NCBI GenBank assembly: GCA_963701965.1 | Contig: OY969695.1 | Coordinates: 3,712,001 to 3,776,000 of the forward strand | Source: an uncultured Gemmatimonadales bacterium | GTDB lineage: Bacteria; Gemmatimonadota; Gemmatimonadetes; Gemmatimonadales; Gemmatimonadaceae | Direction of reading: 5' to 3' | DNA: 64,000 bases | Shown here: piece by piece, positions 39,188 through 49,388 of the stretch | Position numbering within the stretch: position 1 is the stretch's first letter | Layout of the letters: each line of letters begins with the position of its first letter | Notes under the pieces: generated by a model | What the model was told of the DNA's origin: nothing | Seen by the model: only the letters and a program-made list of their open reading frames with translations | Database searches by the model: none | Made by a program: the position numbers and the translations under genes

Positions 39188-40984
39188 ATGTTCGCCGCCA
39201 TGCTCCTCGCGCTGCAAATCCTGCCGCCCCCGACGTCGGCGCCCATCTCGAACCTGCGCTACGAGGTCGCCGCCGACTCCGCCGATGTGCGGGCCCGGAC
39301 GCTGGGTATGACGACCACGTTCGACGTGGACGCCCCGGGCGATGTGATCCTCGCGCTTCCCGGTTGGACGCCGGGTGCCTACGAGATGTCCTGGTTCGCC
39401 CGCTGGGTGCGGGATTTCTCGGCGACGACGCCGGACGGCCGCGCGCTCGCCTGGGACAAGATCGACTACCAGACGTGGCGCATCGACCCCGCCGGGGCGA
39501 AGACGGTCCGCGTGGTGTTCCGCTACCAGGCGGATAGCCTGGACAACGCGATGTCGTGGACCGGACGCGACTTCGTGATGTTCAACGGCACCAATCTCTT
39601 CCTGTACCCCGTGGGGCGCGGATTCGCGTTTCCGGCGACGGTCTCGATCCACACGCATCCGGGTTGGCGCGTCACCACACCCATGCCGGCCGGCGCCGCC
39701 GCCGGCAGCTATACGGCGACCAACTATCACGATCTGGTCGACATGCCGTTCTTCGTCGGCAAATTCGATGAAGACAGCGTGCGGGTCGTCGACCGGTGGG
39801 TCCGCCTGGCGACCTATCCGTCGGGCGCCGTCACCGGGGCCCGCGCCAGCGCGGCCCTCGCCGCCATCGCCAAGGTCATTCCACCGGAGTCCGCCGTCTT
39901 CCGCGAGACGCCCTGGGCGAACTACACGGTGATGGAGATCGCCGACGAATCCTATGGCGGGTACAGCGGCCTCGAACACCAGAGCTCTCACGTCGACATC
40001 GTCGCCGCGGCGGGTCTCGACGATCAGGCCCTGCCCAGCCTCTATGCCCATGAGATCTTCCACTCCTGGAACGTCAAGCGCCTGCGGCCGGCCGACATGG
40101 TGCCCTATCGTTACGACGCACCCGAGCCGACGCCGTGGCTTTGGGTCAGCGAAGGCATCACCGACTACTACGCCGACCTCGCCGTAGTACGCGGCGGCGT
40201 CGTGCCCGACTCGGGATTCTATGCGCTGACAGCGGGCAAGATCACGCAAGTCGCGCAGTCGCCGCCCAGCGCGCTCACCGACGCCTCGCTCAACACCTGG
40301 GTCCATCCGACCGACGGGACCGAGTATCTCTACTATCCCAAGGGCTCGTTGGCCGGTCTCCTGCTCGACATCATCATCCGCGACGCCAGCGACAATCGGC
40401 AGTCGCTCGACGACGTCATGCGCGACCTGTACCAGAACACGTACAAGAAAGGCCGGGGCTTCACGCCCGCCGACTGGTGGGGCGCCGTGGGCCGCGCGGC
40501 TGGCGGCCGTTCGTTCGATGGGTTCAACAAGCGCTACATCGATGGCCGCGCGCCGTTCCCCTGGGACTCGATCCTGCCGTTGGCCGGCCTCCGGCTGGCG
40601 GCCGACACGGCGCACGAGCTCCGGCTCGGCATCTTCAGCGCGCCCGACACGAGCGGCGGCGGGAGCGTGCGCGTCGTCCGTGTAGAGCCGGGGAGCGCGG
40701 CCGCCGAAGGCGGCCTGCACGAGGGCGACGTCTTGGTCACGATCGGCGACGTGCCGGTGACCGATGTCAACTTCGGCGCCCGGTTTCGCGCCCGCTATGC
40801 CGGCAGCGCCCCGGGGACTACGATCCCGGTGAGCGTCAAGCGCGAGGGTAACGCGCTCAACCTCGCGCTGCCCCTGCGCGTCGTGAACCGCGTGACCGCG
40901 CGGCTCGTCCCCGATCCCGCCGCGACGTCCAAGGCGGCGCGCATTCGGACCGGCCTCCTCAAGGGGACGACGGGCTCGTCGTGA
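39188..40984 (+). CDS. M61 family metallopeptidase with C-terminal PDZ
   Basis: PGWTPGAY, GLEH, AHEIFHSWNVKR, WVSEGITDYY, YYPKG; C-terminal PDZ. Confidence 0.92.
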   Translation: MFAAMLLALQILPPPTSAPISNLRYEVAADSADVRARTLGMTTTFDVDAPGDVILALPGWTPGAYEMSWFARWVRDFSATTPDGRALAWDKIDYQTWRIDPAGAKTVRVVFRYQADSLDNAMSWTGRDFVMFNGTNLFLYPVGRGFAFPATVSIHTHPGWRVTTPMPAGAAAGSYTATNYHDLVDMPFFVGKFDEDSVRVVDRWVRLATYPSGAVTGARASAALAAIAKVIPPESAVFRETPWANYTVMEIADESYGGYSGLEHQSSHVDIVAAAGLDDQALPSLYAHEIFHSWNVKRLRPADMVPYRYDAPEPTPWLWVSEGITDYYADLAVVRGGVVPDSGFYALTAGKITQVAQSPPSALTDASLNTWVHPTDGTEYLYYPKGSLAGLLLDIIIRDASDNRQSLDDVMRDLYQNTYKKGRGFTPADWWGAVGRAAGGRSFDGFNKRYIDGRAPFPWDSILPLAGLRLAADTAHELRLGIFSAPDTSGGGSVRVVRVEPGSAAAEGGLHEGDVLVTIGDVPVTDVNFGARFRARYAGSAPGTTIPVSVKREGNALNLALPLRVVNRVTARLVPDPAATSKAARIRTGLLKGTTGSS

Positions 40985-42410
40985 TCCGGCGCCGCGACGC
41001 GGCGTGCGTCGCGGTGTGCATGGCGGCCTCGATCTCATCCGCCTCGCGCGGCGCGGTGGATGTCCACCGCACGCCGTCGGCCGTCGCGATATAGTCGTCT
41101 TCGATCCGCACGCCAATGTTGGCGTATTTCGCGACGGCCGGACCGATGGCCGCCAGCATCCGCTGATTCCGCGGGGATGAGGGGACGATCGCGGGGAGCG
41201 CCGCGCGCACGTACAAGCCGGGTTCGATGGTAAACGCGCTCCCCGGTCCGATGCGCCCCGTAAAGTAGAACTGGTCGGGATCGTGCACGTCGAGCCCGAT
41301 CCCGTGACCGAGTCCGTGCATGTAGTAGAGGGTGTACTGGGGGCAGAGCCGCGGTGGCGTGGTGTCGGCCGACACGCCGCACTCGTAGGTCGCGTCCGCC
41401 GATTCGATGAGGCCCAGTCGCGCCAGCCCGGCGGCGAGCACCGCCGTCGCCGAGTCGTTCATGAGGCGGGCCGCCGCGCCCACTTTTGCCTGTCGCTCGG
41501 CGGCCGCCTGCGCATCGCGCACGATCTGGTATACCTGGCGTTGGCGCGGCGTGTATCGCCCGCTGACGGGAAGCGTGCGGGTCACGTCCCCCGCGTAACC
41601 GCGGTACGACGCGCCAATGTCCACGACGACGAGATCCCCGGCCGCCATGAGACGGTTGTTGGCGTTGTAGTGCAGCGTCGTGGCGTTGGGCCCCGACCCT
41701 ACGATCGTGGCAAACGACGGCCGCTCCGCGCCCTCCGACCGAAAGGTGTACTCGATGGTGGCCTGCACCTGGGACTCGTTGACGCCCGGCGCGACGACGG
41801 CGAACGCGGCACGCTCGGCGTCCGCCGTGATGGCGATGGCGCGCGCCGTGAGCGCGAGCTCGGCGGCGCTCTTGGTGCCACGAAGCCGTTCCACGAGACG
41901 CTCCGCGTCCACGATGCGGACCGTCGGGTGTTGCTCGACCAGGCGCTGGACGTACTGCGCATCGGGCGTGAGCCCGGTGCCCGAACCGGTCATCGTGCCG
42001 ACGACCGACAACGTCGTGCTGTCCCCGAGCACCGAGTCCAACGCTTGGGCCAGCTCCTCGCGAGGCCGGCTCGGGAGCCCGGTGCGGCGCGCCGCGCCGG
42101 CCGGTCCCATGCGGGCGCCGCTCCACACCTCCTGCGCCGGATCCTTGGTCTCGACGAAGAGCGTCATCGCCACCTGGCCGCCACGCTTGACCATGAGGAG
42201 CGCGGCGTTCGGCTCATCGATCCCCGTCAGGTACTCGAACGAGGAAGCCTGGTTGAGCGACAAGTAATCCTCGACGGGTTCCGGTGCCCCCAGCGCCAGC
42301 AAGACGCCGTCGTCCATCACCGCTGATAGCGCGGTCCGGCGCCCCGCGTACTCCGCGCTGGTGATCGGGGCAGCGGCGACTAGCAGCGCGAAGATGGCCC
42401 GACCGATCAT
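40959..42410 (-). CDS. Xaa-Pro aminopeptidase (M24B family)
   Basis: TLHY, DIGA..GDVTRT, HGLGHGIGLDVHD, TIEPG, RIEDD. Confidence 0.92.
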   Translation of the reverse strand: MIGRAIFALLVAAAPITSAEYAGRRTALSAVMDDGVLLALGAPEPVEDYLSLNQASSFEYLTGIDEPNAALLMVKRGGQVAMTLFVETKDPAQEVWSGARMGPAGAARRTGLPSRPREELAQALDSVLGDSTTLSVVGTMTGSGTGLTPDAQYVQRLVEQHPTVRIVDAERLVERLRGTKSAAELALTARAIAITADAERAAFAVVAPGVNESQVQATIEYTFRSEGAERPSFATIVGSGPNATTLHYNANNRLMAAGDLVVVDIGASYRGYAGDVTRTLPVSGRYTPRQRQVYQIVRDAQAAAERQAKVGAAARLMNDSATAVLAAGLARLGLIESADATYECGVSADTTPPRLCPQYTLYYMHGLGHGIGLDVHDPDQFYFTGRIGPGSAFTIEPGLYVRAALPAIVPSSPRNQRMLAAIGPAVAKYANIGVRIEDDYIATADGVRWTSTAPREADEIEAAMHTATHAASRRRITTSPSSP

Positions 42411-42411
42411 G

Positions 42412-43128
42412 TCAACGGGGCACGAACTGCCAGCGGCCGTTGACCGAGACGGAGATCGTGAGGGGCCCGGCCTCGATCGGCGTCGCCTCCGCGCTCGCCG
42501 TGGCCGAGACGCGCATCTGCGCCAACATCAACCGCCCGCCTTGGCCCGACGCCGACATCTCCAGCAACGGCCCCAGCGTCCCCCCCGCCGCCCGGGCTAT
42601 GGCCTCGGCGTCGCCCCGCGCCTGCAGGGTCGCCCGGTTGAGGGCGTCCCGCCGGGCGCTATCGGCGTTCGTGGACGTGAACTGCAGGCCGCCAATGCTG
42701 TTGGCGCCGCCCGCGAGCGCGGCGTCGATCAGTCGACCTGCCTCGTCGACTTTCTTGATCTCCACGCGCACGGTGTTGCGCGCCACATATCCGGTGACGT
42801 GGGGGCCATCCTGGCCTCCGGGCGCGGGCCGGGAGTAGATCGGCTGCACCGAGTACCCGAACGTGCCTATCTGCTCCTTGGCCAGCCCCATGGCGCGCAG
42901 GGTGTCGAGGGTCGTGCGCACGCGCCGGGCATTGTCGGCCGCCGCCGCGGCCGCGGTCGTCGCCCGCGTCTCGACCGACACCAGCAATGTGGCCCGATCG
43001 GCCGGGGCCTCGGCTTCCGCCTCGGCGTTCGTATTGATCTGGGGTGGGGGCGGCACCGGCGTCTGGCCGCGCAGGGCGGATGCCCCGCCCACTATGAGCC
43101 CCGCCGCGAGCACGTTGGAGACTCTCAT
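42412..43128 (-). CDS. SIMPL (DUF541) domain protein
   Basis: Signal peptide; PADRATLLVSV, YSVQPIY, GYVARNTVRV, GANSIGGLQF. Confidence 0.88.
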   Translation of the reverse strand: MRVSNVLAAGLIVGGASALRGQTPVPPPPQINTNAEAEAEAPADRATLLVSVETRATTAAAAAADNARRVRTTLDTLRAMGLAKEQIGTFGYSVQPIYSRPAPGGQDGPHVTGYVARNTVRVEIKKVDEAGRLIDAALAGGANSIGGLQFTSTNADSARRDALNRATLQARGDAEAIARAAGGTLGPLLEMSASGQGGRLMLAQMRVSATASAEATPIEAGPLTISVSVNGRWQFVPR

Positions 43129-43165
43129 ATGTCAAGATACAGGGACGGGCGCTAGTTTGGCGCCT

Positions 43166-44986
43166 ATGGCCGCGCCAGCGCGCACGCTCGAGCAGGTCCT
43201 CGACGTCGAGACGCCGGAACAGATCGTCTTTTCGTTCGAGATCGCCGGCGTCGGCTCGCGCGCGGCCGCGGCACTCATCGATTCGACCTTGCTCTTCATC
43301 GCGATCATTGTGGTCGGGACGATCACGGCGACCCTCGGCCAGAGCGTCGTGCGCGGCGTCAATGCCGGGAGTTGGAGCGGTCCGCTCTTGGTCGCCGCGC
43401 TCATCTTCGCGCTCTTCGCCCTGCTGTGGGGCTACTACGTCCTGTTCGAAGCGTTCTGGGACGGACAGACGCCCGGAAAGCGGATCGTCGGGCTCCGGGT
43501 CGTCCGCGATGGAGGGTATGGCATCACGTTCGGCGCGTCCGCGATCCGCAATATCATGCGGATCGTCGATGCGCAGCCGGTCCCGTCGTACTTCGTGGCG
43601 ATCGTGAGCGTGATCGTGTCCAAGTCCGGCAAGCGCTTGGGCGACTACGCCGCGGGCACGATCGTGGTGCGCGAGCGCGCCCAACCGGAGAACGCCGTGC
43701 CCGTCGCCCGGACGGCGGTGGAACCGGCGGGCGCGCCCACCGCGGTGTTGACCGACGCTGAATTCGAGCTCCTCGACCGGTACATGCAGCGCCGCGCCAC
43801 GCTCGACCCGATGCACGCGGCCAAGTTCGGCGCCGAGCTGGCGGCGCGCTTTCGCAAATGGATGCCGGCGCACACCGCCCAAGATGGCACCTTCCTCTCC
43901 GCGTTGTACGACGCGGAACGCGGCGCCCGCCAACGCGGCGCCGCGTCGCGGAGCGACACCGGCGCGGCGCGCGAGCAACACGCGCTCGTCGCGCAGGGCA
44001 CCACCCGCTGGCGCGCCTTCGCCGCGCGGCTGGCCGGCGCGCGCCGGGGGGGACTGGGCGGCATGACCGAGGAGCAAGTCTCGGCGTTCGTCGCCGACTA
44101 CCGGGCGCTGACCACCGACTTGGCACGCCTCACCACGGCCAGTCGCGGACGGGACAACCCGACGCTCTGGTATCTCAACCGCCTCGTGGCCGCGGGACAC
44201 GCGATGCTGTATCGCGAGCGTCCCATCGCGCCCCGTTCCATCTGGCGGTTCATGACGAGAACGGTGCCCGCGGAGGTGCGCCGGTCGGCCATGCCGATCG
44301 GACTCGCGGCCGCGCTCTTCTTCGTCCCTGCCGCGGTGGCCTACATCGCGGTCGTGCGCGAGCCGGCGGTTGCTCCGCGCTTCATTCCGCCCACCATGAT
44401 CGATCGGGCCGAGCAGGGCGTCGCGCGGGCGCGGGAAGGGACCGGGTACATCCGTGACGACCCCTTCGTGCGTCCCCTCATGTCCAGCGTGATCATCACC
44501 AACAACGTGCAGGTCACGTTCGCCGCGTTCGCCGGCGGCATCACGTTGGGGGTGGGCACCGTGTATGCGCTGGTGCAGAACGGCGTGATGTTGGGCGGGA
44601 TCTTCGGCCTCTACCAATCCAAGGGCATTTTGCCGCTCATCGTCGCCTTCGTCGCGCCCCATGGCGTGCTCGAGCTGAGCGCGATCTGTATCGCCGGCGG
44701 CGCCGGGTTTCTGATCGCGGGCGCCATTCTCATTCCCGGCGCGCGCACGCGGCGGGAGGCCCTCGTGGCCAACGGACAGCGGGCCGCGCGACTCATCGCG
44801 GCATGCACGTTGCTTCTACTAGTAGCCGGCAGCCTCGAAGGGCTGATATCCCCGATTCCGTGGTGGTCTCTCGCGCAGAAACTGACGGTGTCGGGGCTGA
44901 CCGCCCTCATGCTCGTCATCTACATCAACCTCCGCGACCCGTCTCATGAGACCACTGCTGCTGCTCGCGGTCCTGCTCCTGGGTGA
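43166..44986 (+). CDS. RDD domain-SpoIIM (DUF95) fusion membrane protein
   Basis: RDD: ETPEQIVFSFEIAGVGSR, GQTPGK, KRLGDYAAGTIVV. SpoIIM-like: ITNNVQV, NGVMLG, PHGVLEL, AGSLEG. Start ATG 43166. Confidence 0.88.
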   Translation: MAAPARTLEQVLDVETPEQIVFSFEIAGVGSRAAAALIDSTLLFIAIIVVGTITATLGQSVVRGVNAGSWSGPLLVAALIFALFALLWGYYVLFEAFWDGQTPGKRIVGLRVVRDGGYGITFGASAIRNIMRIVDAQPVPSYFVAIVSVIVSKSGKRLGDYAAGTIVVRERAQPENAVPVARTAVEPAGAPTAVLTDAEFELLDRYMQRRATLDPMHAAKFGAELAARFRKWMPAHTAQDGTFLSALYDAERGARQRGAASRSDTGAAREQHALVAQGTTRWRAFAARLAGARRGGLGGMTEEQVSAFVADYRALTTDLARLTTASRGRDNPTLWYLNRLVAAGHAMLYRERPIAPRSIWRFMTRTVPAEVRRSAMPIGLAAALFFVPAAVAYIAVVREPAVAPRFIPPTMIDRAEQGVARAREGTGYIRDDPFVRPLMSSVIITNNVQVTFAAFAGGITLGVGTVYALVQNGVMLGGIFGLYQSKGILPLIVAFVAPHGVLELSAICIAGGAGFLIAGAILIPGARTRREALVANGQRAARLIAACTLLLLVAGSLEGLISPIPWWSLAQKLTVSGLTALMLVIYINLRDPSHETTAAARGPAPG

Positions 44987-45437
44987 CGTCCACGCCGACG
45001 TGGAGAAGGCGATCGCCACGTTCCGCAGGACGGATCCGTCGATGATCACGTTCTTCGAGCATTCCGTCGCGTACGCCGTCTTTCCGACTATCACCAAGGG
45101 CGCGCTGGGCGTCGGGGCCGCGCACGGCGCTGGCGAGCTTCTGCAGGGCGGCAATGTCCTGGGCACGACGGGGATGACCCAGGTCACGGTCGGCGCCCAG
45201 CTCGGCGGCCAGCAATACGCGGAGATCATTTTCTTCGAGACAGAGGACGCGCTCAAGACGTTCAAGAGCGGCAACTTCGCGATGAGCGCCCAGGCGAGTG
45301 CCGTCGCCGCCGCGTCGGGTGCATCGGCGAACGCGAAGTATGAGAGCGGGGTGGCGGTCTTCACCGTTGCCAAAGGCGGATTGATGTACGAGGCGAGCAT
45401 CGGCGGCCAGAAGTTCAGTTACAAGCCGGCGTCCTAG
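44946..45437 (+). CDS. SYLF/Ysc84 family lipid-binding protein
   Basis: YAVFPTITKG, VGAQLGGQ, GGLMYEASIGGQKF. Confidence 0.85.
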   Translation: MRPLLLLAVLLLGDVHADVEKAIATFRRTDPSMITFFEHSVAYAVFPTITKGALGVGAAHGAGELLQGGNVLGTTGMTQVTVGAQLGGQQYAEIIFFETEDALKTFKSGNFAMSAQASAVAAASGASANAKYESGVAVFTVAKGGLMYEASIGGQKFSYKPAS

Positions 45438-45541
45438 CCGCGCCGCTGGGGGCTTCAAGGGGCCGGGCGTCGGCCCCGCGGCACCGGTTGTTCGCCCCAA
45501 CGCCATGTCCGCCGTGTGTTCCGGGTCGCAGCTTCCCGCCC

Positions 45542-45922
45542 ATGCGGTGGCTCGCCGGTGCGGGAACCCTATTGATGGGGGCGCTCAGTTGTGGCCGTCC
45601 CCGAACGGCCTCCAACGAATGGACCAGCGGCGCCGACCTTGCGTTGCCGCTGGCGCAGTTCGATGGCGTCATCGACCGCAAGGGCAACAGCCTGTCCGGC
45701 AACGTGGTCGACCGTCTGAGCCCCGACAGCCCCAAGCTCCCCGTCAGCGGATCGATCTCCGGACGGGACGTGGAACTCCGGTTCGGCTCGGGCGCGAGCG
45801 GATTCGTCTTCACCGGAGTCGTGGATGACGCGCCCAATGCCGCCACCGGCGGGATCGGGGTGACCGGTGTGCTGATCGGCTCCGACATGGGTCCGGTACA
45901 AGAACACTTGACCCTTCGCTAG
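45542..45922 (+). CDS. Hypothetical lipoprotein
   Basis: MRWLAGAGTLLMGALSC lipobox-like signal; beta-rich body. Confidence 0.55.
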   Translation: MRWLAGAGTLLMGALSCGRPRTASNEWTSGADLALPLAQFDGVIDRKGNSLSGNVVDRLSPDSPKLPVSGSISGRDVELRFGSGASGFVFTGVVDDAPNAATGGIGVTGVLIGSDMGPVQEHLTLR

Positions 45923-45954
45923 TATTGGAAGGGTCTCTTCATCGGGGTGGTCGC

Positions 45955-46317
45955 ATGGTGACGTCCCCAAACCTTCCCGTCCTTCCGCCGCCCGGCGACC
46001 CCACGCTCGCCGCTTTGATCACGCGGGCGGCCGATCGGGCGTGTCGCCGGACACTCATCATCTGCGCGGTCCTGGGCGGGGCCGCGGCGCTCGCGCCATG
46101 GGTCTTGCACGCGGCGCGTCTCATCCCGACCGCCGTCGGTCTCTGCGTCGCGGCGTTTGGCGTGCGGGGCCTCGCGTCCCACGCGCTGGCGGTGGATCCG
46201 CGCGCCGTTGGCCTCCGGCTTCTGGCCAAGGCGAGCGTGGCCGTGGGGATCGTCTCGGGCGTCGTCGGGGCGTTCTGGATCTTCTTCCGGTTGATGGGCA
46301 GCTCCTTCTGGAACTAG
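45955..46317 (+). CDS. Hypothetical membrane protein (about 3 TM)
   Basis: Hydrophobic segments; likely ATG start at 45955. Confidence 0.55.
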   Translation: MVTSPNLPVLPPPGDPTLAALITRAADRACRRTLIICAVLGGAAALAPWVLHAARLIPTAVGLCVAAFGVRGLASHALAVDPRAVGLRLLAKASVAVGIVSGVVGAFWIFFRLMGSSFWN

Positions 46318-47797
46318 CGCTCGGCTAGCGGGCGAAAGACGGCGACGGCATCGACGAAGGGCAGCTCGCTGTCCGTCCACGGACGGCGGCCATTGCGTCC
46401 GCGGTTGATTTCGACGAAGCCGGTGGCCGGTGGTCCGCCATACGAGCGGACCCAGGCTGCCGCCAGCCCCGCCTCGTTCACGGCCAATGGTACGACGCCG
46501 TCGGCGGGGACCGACCACGCCGCCTCCCACCATCCCGCGAGACCCCAGCGCTCGCCTTCCGCGGTGACGCGCGCCGTGTAGAGATCCCAATTGGCGCGAC
46601 CCAGGTCGAGCCCCAGGACGCGGGAGGCCGCCCCCCGATCGATCGCCAGGAGCGACCGGTTGCCGGCGGAGTCCGCGGGCCAGATGAGCGGCGGCGCGCC
46701 CATGCAGACGATCTTGCCGCCGCCGGCCAGGTAGGCGTGCAGGAGCGCCGAATCCGCCGCGGGCGGGTCGACGCCGAGGACGACGACGCCGCGGCCGGCG
46801 CGCAGAAACAACGCGAGGCCCGCGGTATCGAGCACCCGATACCCGCGGTCCGCGAAGAACTGCCGGGCGGCCGCCGGCGCGGGCAATGTGGCGGTGCGGG
46901 CCAGACTGCTGTCCCAAAACACGGCGCGCGCCAGATCGATGGAATCGCCGCGCAGCGCGTACGCCGACCCGTCGTTGCTGCCGACGTAGAGCATGCCGTG
47001 CGCGACGACGGGCGACGACAACACGAATCCTCCGGTGGTGAAGCGCCACCGTTCGGCGCCCGTCCGCCGGTCAATGGCGTGCAGCGCGCCCGTGCCCTCG
47101 CCGACGTAGACCAAGCCACCAGCAACGGTGGGGGAGCCCCAGACAATGGACGCGGTGGAGAATCTCCACCGCTCGTGTTCCGTAGTCAGGTCGAGGGCAT
47201 CGACGTAGGCGGCATCGGATGTCCCCGTGTAGACGACGCCGTCGGCCACGGCCGCCGAGCTGTTCACCCAGGAGATCGCGTAGTCGCGCTTCCATCGTAG
47301 AGGAATCCATCGCGCGCGCCGACAATGACGGTGCCATTGGCGACCGCGGGCGATCTGGATCGTCTTCCGGTCGTACCCGAAGTGGGCGGACTCCAGCGAC
47401 CGACCTTCGGTATCGTATCGCCACCGGAGGCGGCCGGTGGCGAGATCGACGGCGTAGATGCTGCCGTCCTGGCTGCCGGCGAACACGACACCGCCGGCAA
47501 TGGCGGGCGAGGATCGTACCCGGCCGCCGGTCTGATACCGCCAGTATTGCCGACCGGTGCCGATGGCCACCGCGTAGAGCGCGCCATCGCCGGACCCGAA
47601 GACGACGGTGTCACCGTCGACAGCAGGTGACGACGTCAGGTACTCGCCGCTTTCCTGGCCCCAGGCCAGCGGCGCATCGGGTCCTGTTCGCATCCGCCAG
47701 ACGAGAATGGCCGGTCGCGGTGTCGACGGCGAAGAATGTCCCCGTGCGGCTGCCGATAATGACGCGTCGCCGGCTTTCGCGTTCGGTGTGCCGGTGA
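46314..47797 (-). pseudogene. Disrupted PQQ-like (BamB-type) beta-propeller repeat protein
   Basis: Repeats SSPAV..G.V..GS.DG.LYA.D..TG...W; frame changes near 47706, 47354 and 47298; no intact 5' end found. Confidence 0.75.
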
Positions 47798-47902
47798 CCC
47801 GGATCACACGGGGCGTGAAGCGCGCCCTTCGTGAGAGGGTGTTCAGCTGTGTCACGTTTCGAGCCTGTTGTTTTGGAGCGGCGCGACGTAATTTCGAGCG
47901 CC

Positions 47903-49363
47903 GTGGATCACCCTTCGCCGAGTCTCTATCTTTGCTCCGGGCCGGAGCGCCACACGTGGTTGTCCGCGGAGGACGCCGCGCGCTGCTGTAACGGGTTCGA
48001 GCGCGTCCGGTCGTTTGAGACCAATCCTGACGGCACGTTCCGGCTCGTGTGTAGTTGGGAGCGGACCAAACCCATGGAGCAGGGGCAGCGGCTCGAGGCG
48101 GTGATCGACACGCCGGCATCGGTCGATCCGAACGTGCCGGTGCGGCATCTGGCGTTCTTTCGCGCGGCGGCGGCCGAGACGGAAGGGTCGGCCGAGTATT
48201 GGACGCTGCTCGCCGGGCTTTTGGTGATGCGCCTGCTCGACAAGTGGCAGGCGCACACGTTCAACGATCGCGAGCTCAAGTTCCGCGAGTTTCTTGCCGT
48301 CAAGCGCGCGGTGGAGGAGGTCGGGGACGGCGCGTTGCGCAACATCCTGCTCGATCTCATCAGCACCATCGGCGTGTTCGCCGACGGCCCCGCCGAATCC
48401 CGCGCGCCCAAGCTCGTCGCCTACGCGCAGTTGCTCGAGCATGATGCCAAGTGGGATACCGCGTCCGATGTGTATCTGACCGCGATCGAGTTCATCCTCC
48501 AACGCGACCGCGATCGCGATCAGTTGCCGTTCTGCTATCAGCGGGCCGGCGTGTGCATGCGCGAGTTGGGATTTCTCGACAGGGCCGCCGAGCTGTTCAC
48601 GCAGGGCCTCGATGTCGCCGAGTCGAACGGCGATGCCGCAATGGTATTTCAGTTCCGGGTTTCCCACGCAAAGCTGGAATTTCGAAAGGGCGCGCTGCCG
48701 TCGGTCGAAACGATGCTCGATGCGCTCATCGCCGAGGCGGAGCAGACGGGTGCATCGGATTTGGTGGCGGCCGCCCAACACGATCGCGCGCAGGTCGCCA
48801 ACGCGCGAAACCAGCATGAGCGCGCGGCGGAGTTATTCCACGCGGCGATGAAGAACTATACGGATGACGGCGAGAAGCGGCGCGCGATGCATGATCTAGC
48901 GACTGCGCTGGCCGATTTGGGTCACCTGCAGTATGCGCGCACGGTGTTCTCCGCGATCCGGAACTCGCCAGCCGAGTCGACAGTGTGGCGTTGGATGGCA
49001 TCCACGAATCTCATGCGCCTTTACGTGCTGGCCGGCGACGAGGCAGGATTCGACGCACTGCGGCGTGAACTGGGGGCGGCGGGTCTGTCCGGTCGCGTGC
49101 TTGCGCACTATCACATGTTCGCCGGACAAGGCCACAAGACGTTCGGGGACAACGCGAAAGCCAGGAAGGAATTTGCGTCGGCGGTCGAGGTCGCGGGCAA
49201 GCACCACGTTCATCAGATTGTGATCGAGGCCGAGGCAATGCTGCAGGCCACCCCAGAGGAGCGGGCACCGACGTGGAAAGCGAACGTTCCGAGTACTGGA
49301 CTTTCCGTCATTCTCGAGGAGATCCGGGAACGTCGGGCGGAGTTCGCAGGGGCGACCGAATGA
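47903..49363 (+). CDS. Cytoplasmic TPR-repeat protein (start GTG 47903 or ATG 48074)
   Basis: About six or seven TPR-like helical pairs (CYQRAGVCMRELGFLDRAAELFTQGL, AQHDRAQVANARNQHERAAELFHAAM, AMHDLATALADLGHLQYA); no signal peptide or clear TM. Confidence 0.8.
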   Translation: MDHPSPSLYLCSGPERHTWLSAEDAARCCNGFERVRSFETNPDGTFRLVCSWERTKPMEQGQRLEAVIDTPASVDPNVPVRHLAFFRAAAAETEGSAEYWTLLAGLLVMRLLDKWQAHTFNDRELKFREFLAVKRAVEEVGDGALRNILLDLISTIGVFADGPAESRAPKLVAYAQLLEHDAKWDTASDVYLTAIEFILQRDRDRDQLPFCYQRAGVCMRELGFLDRAAELFTQGLDVAESNGDAAMVFQFRVSHAKLEFRKGALPSVETMLDALIAEAEQTGASDLVAAAQHDRAQVANARNQHERAAELFHAAMKNYTDDGEKRRAMHDLATALADLGHLQYARTVFSAIRNSPAESTVWRWMASTNLMRLYVLAGDEAGFDALRRELGAAGLSGRVLAHYHMFAGQGHKTFGDNAKARKEFASAVEVAGKHHVHQIVIEAEAMLQATPEERAPTWKANVPSTGLSVILEEIRERRAEFAGATE

Positions 49364-49376
49364 CGATCGCCCCCGC
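49346..49376 (-). terminator. 3' hairpin downstream of the small peptide gene
   Basis: On the minus-strand RNA: GCGGGGGCGAUCG-UCAUU-CGGUCGCCCCUGC, 13 bp fully paired with two G-U pairs. No U-tract. Confidence 0.55.
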
Positions 49377-49388
49377 GCACGATGCCTC

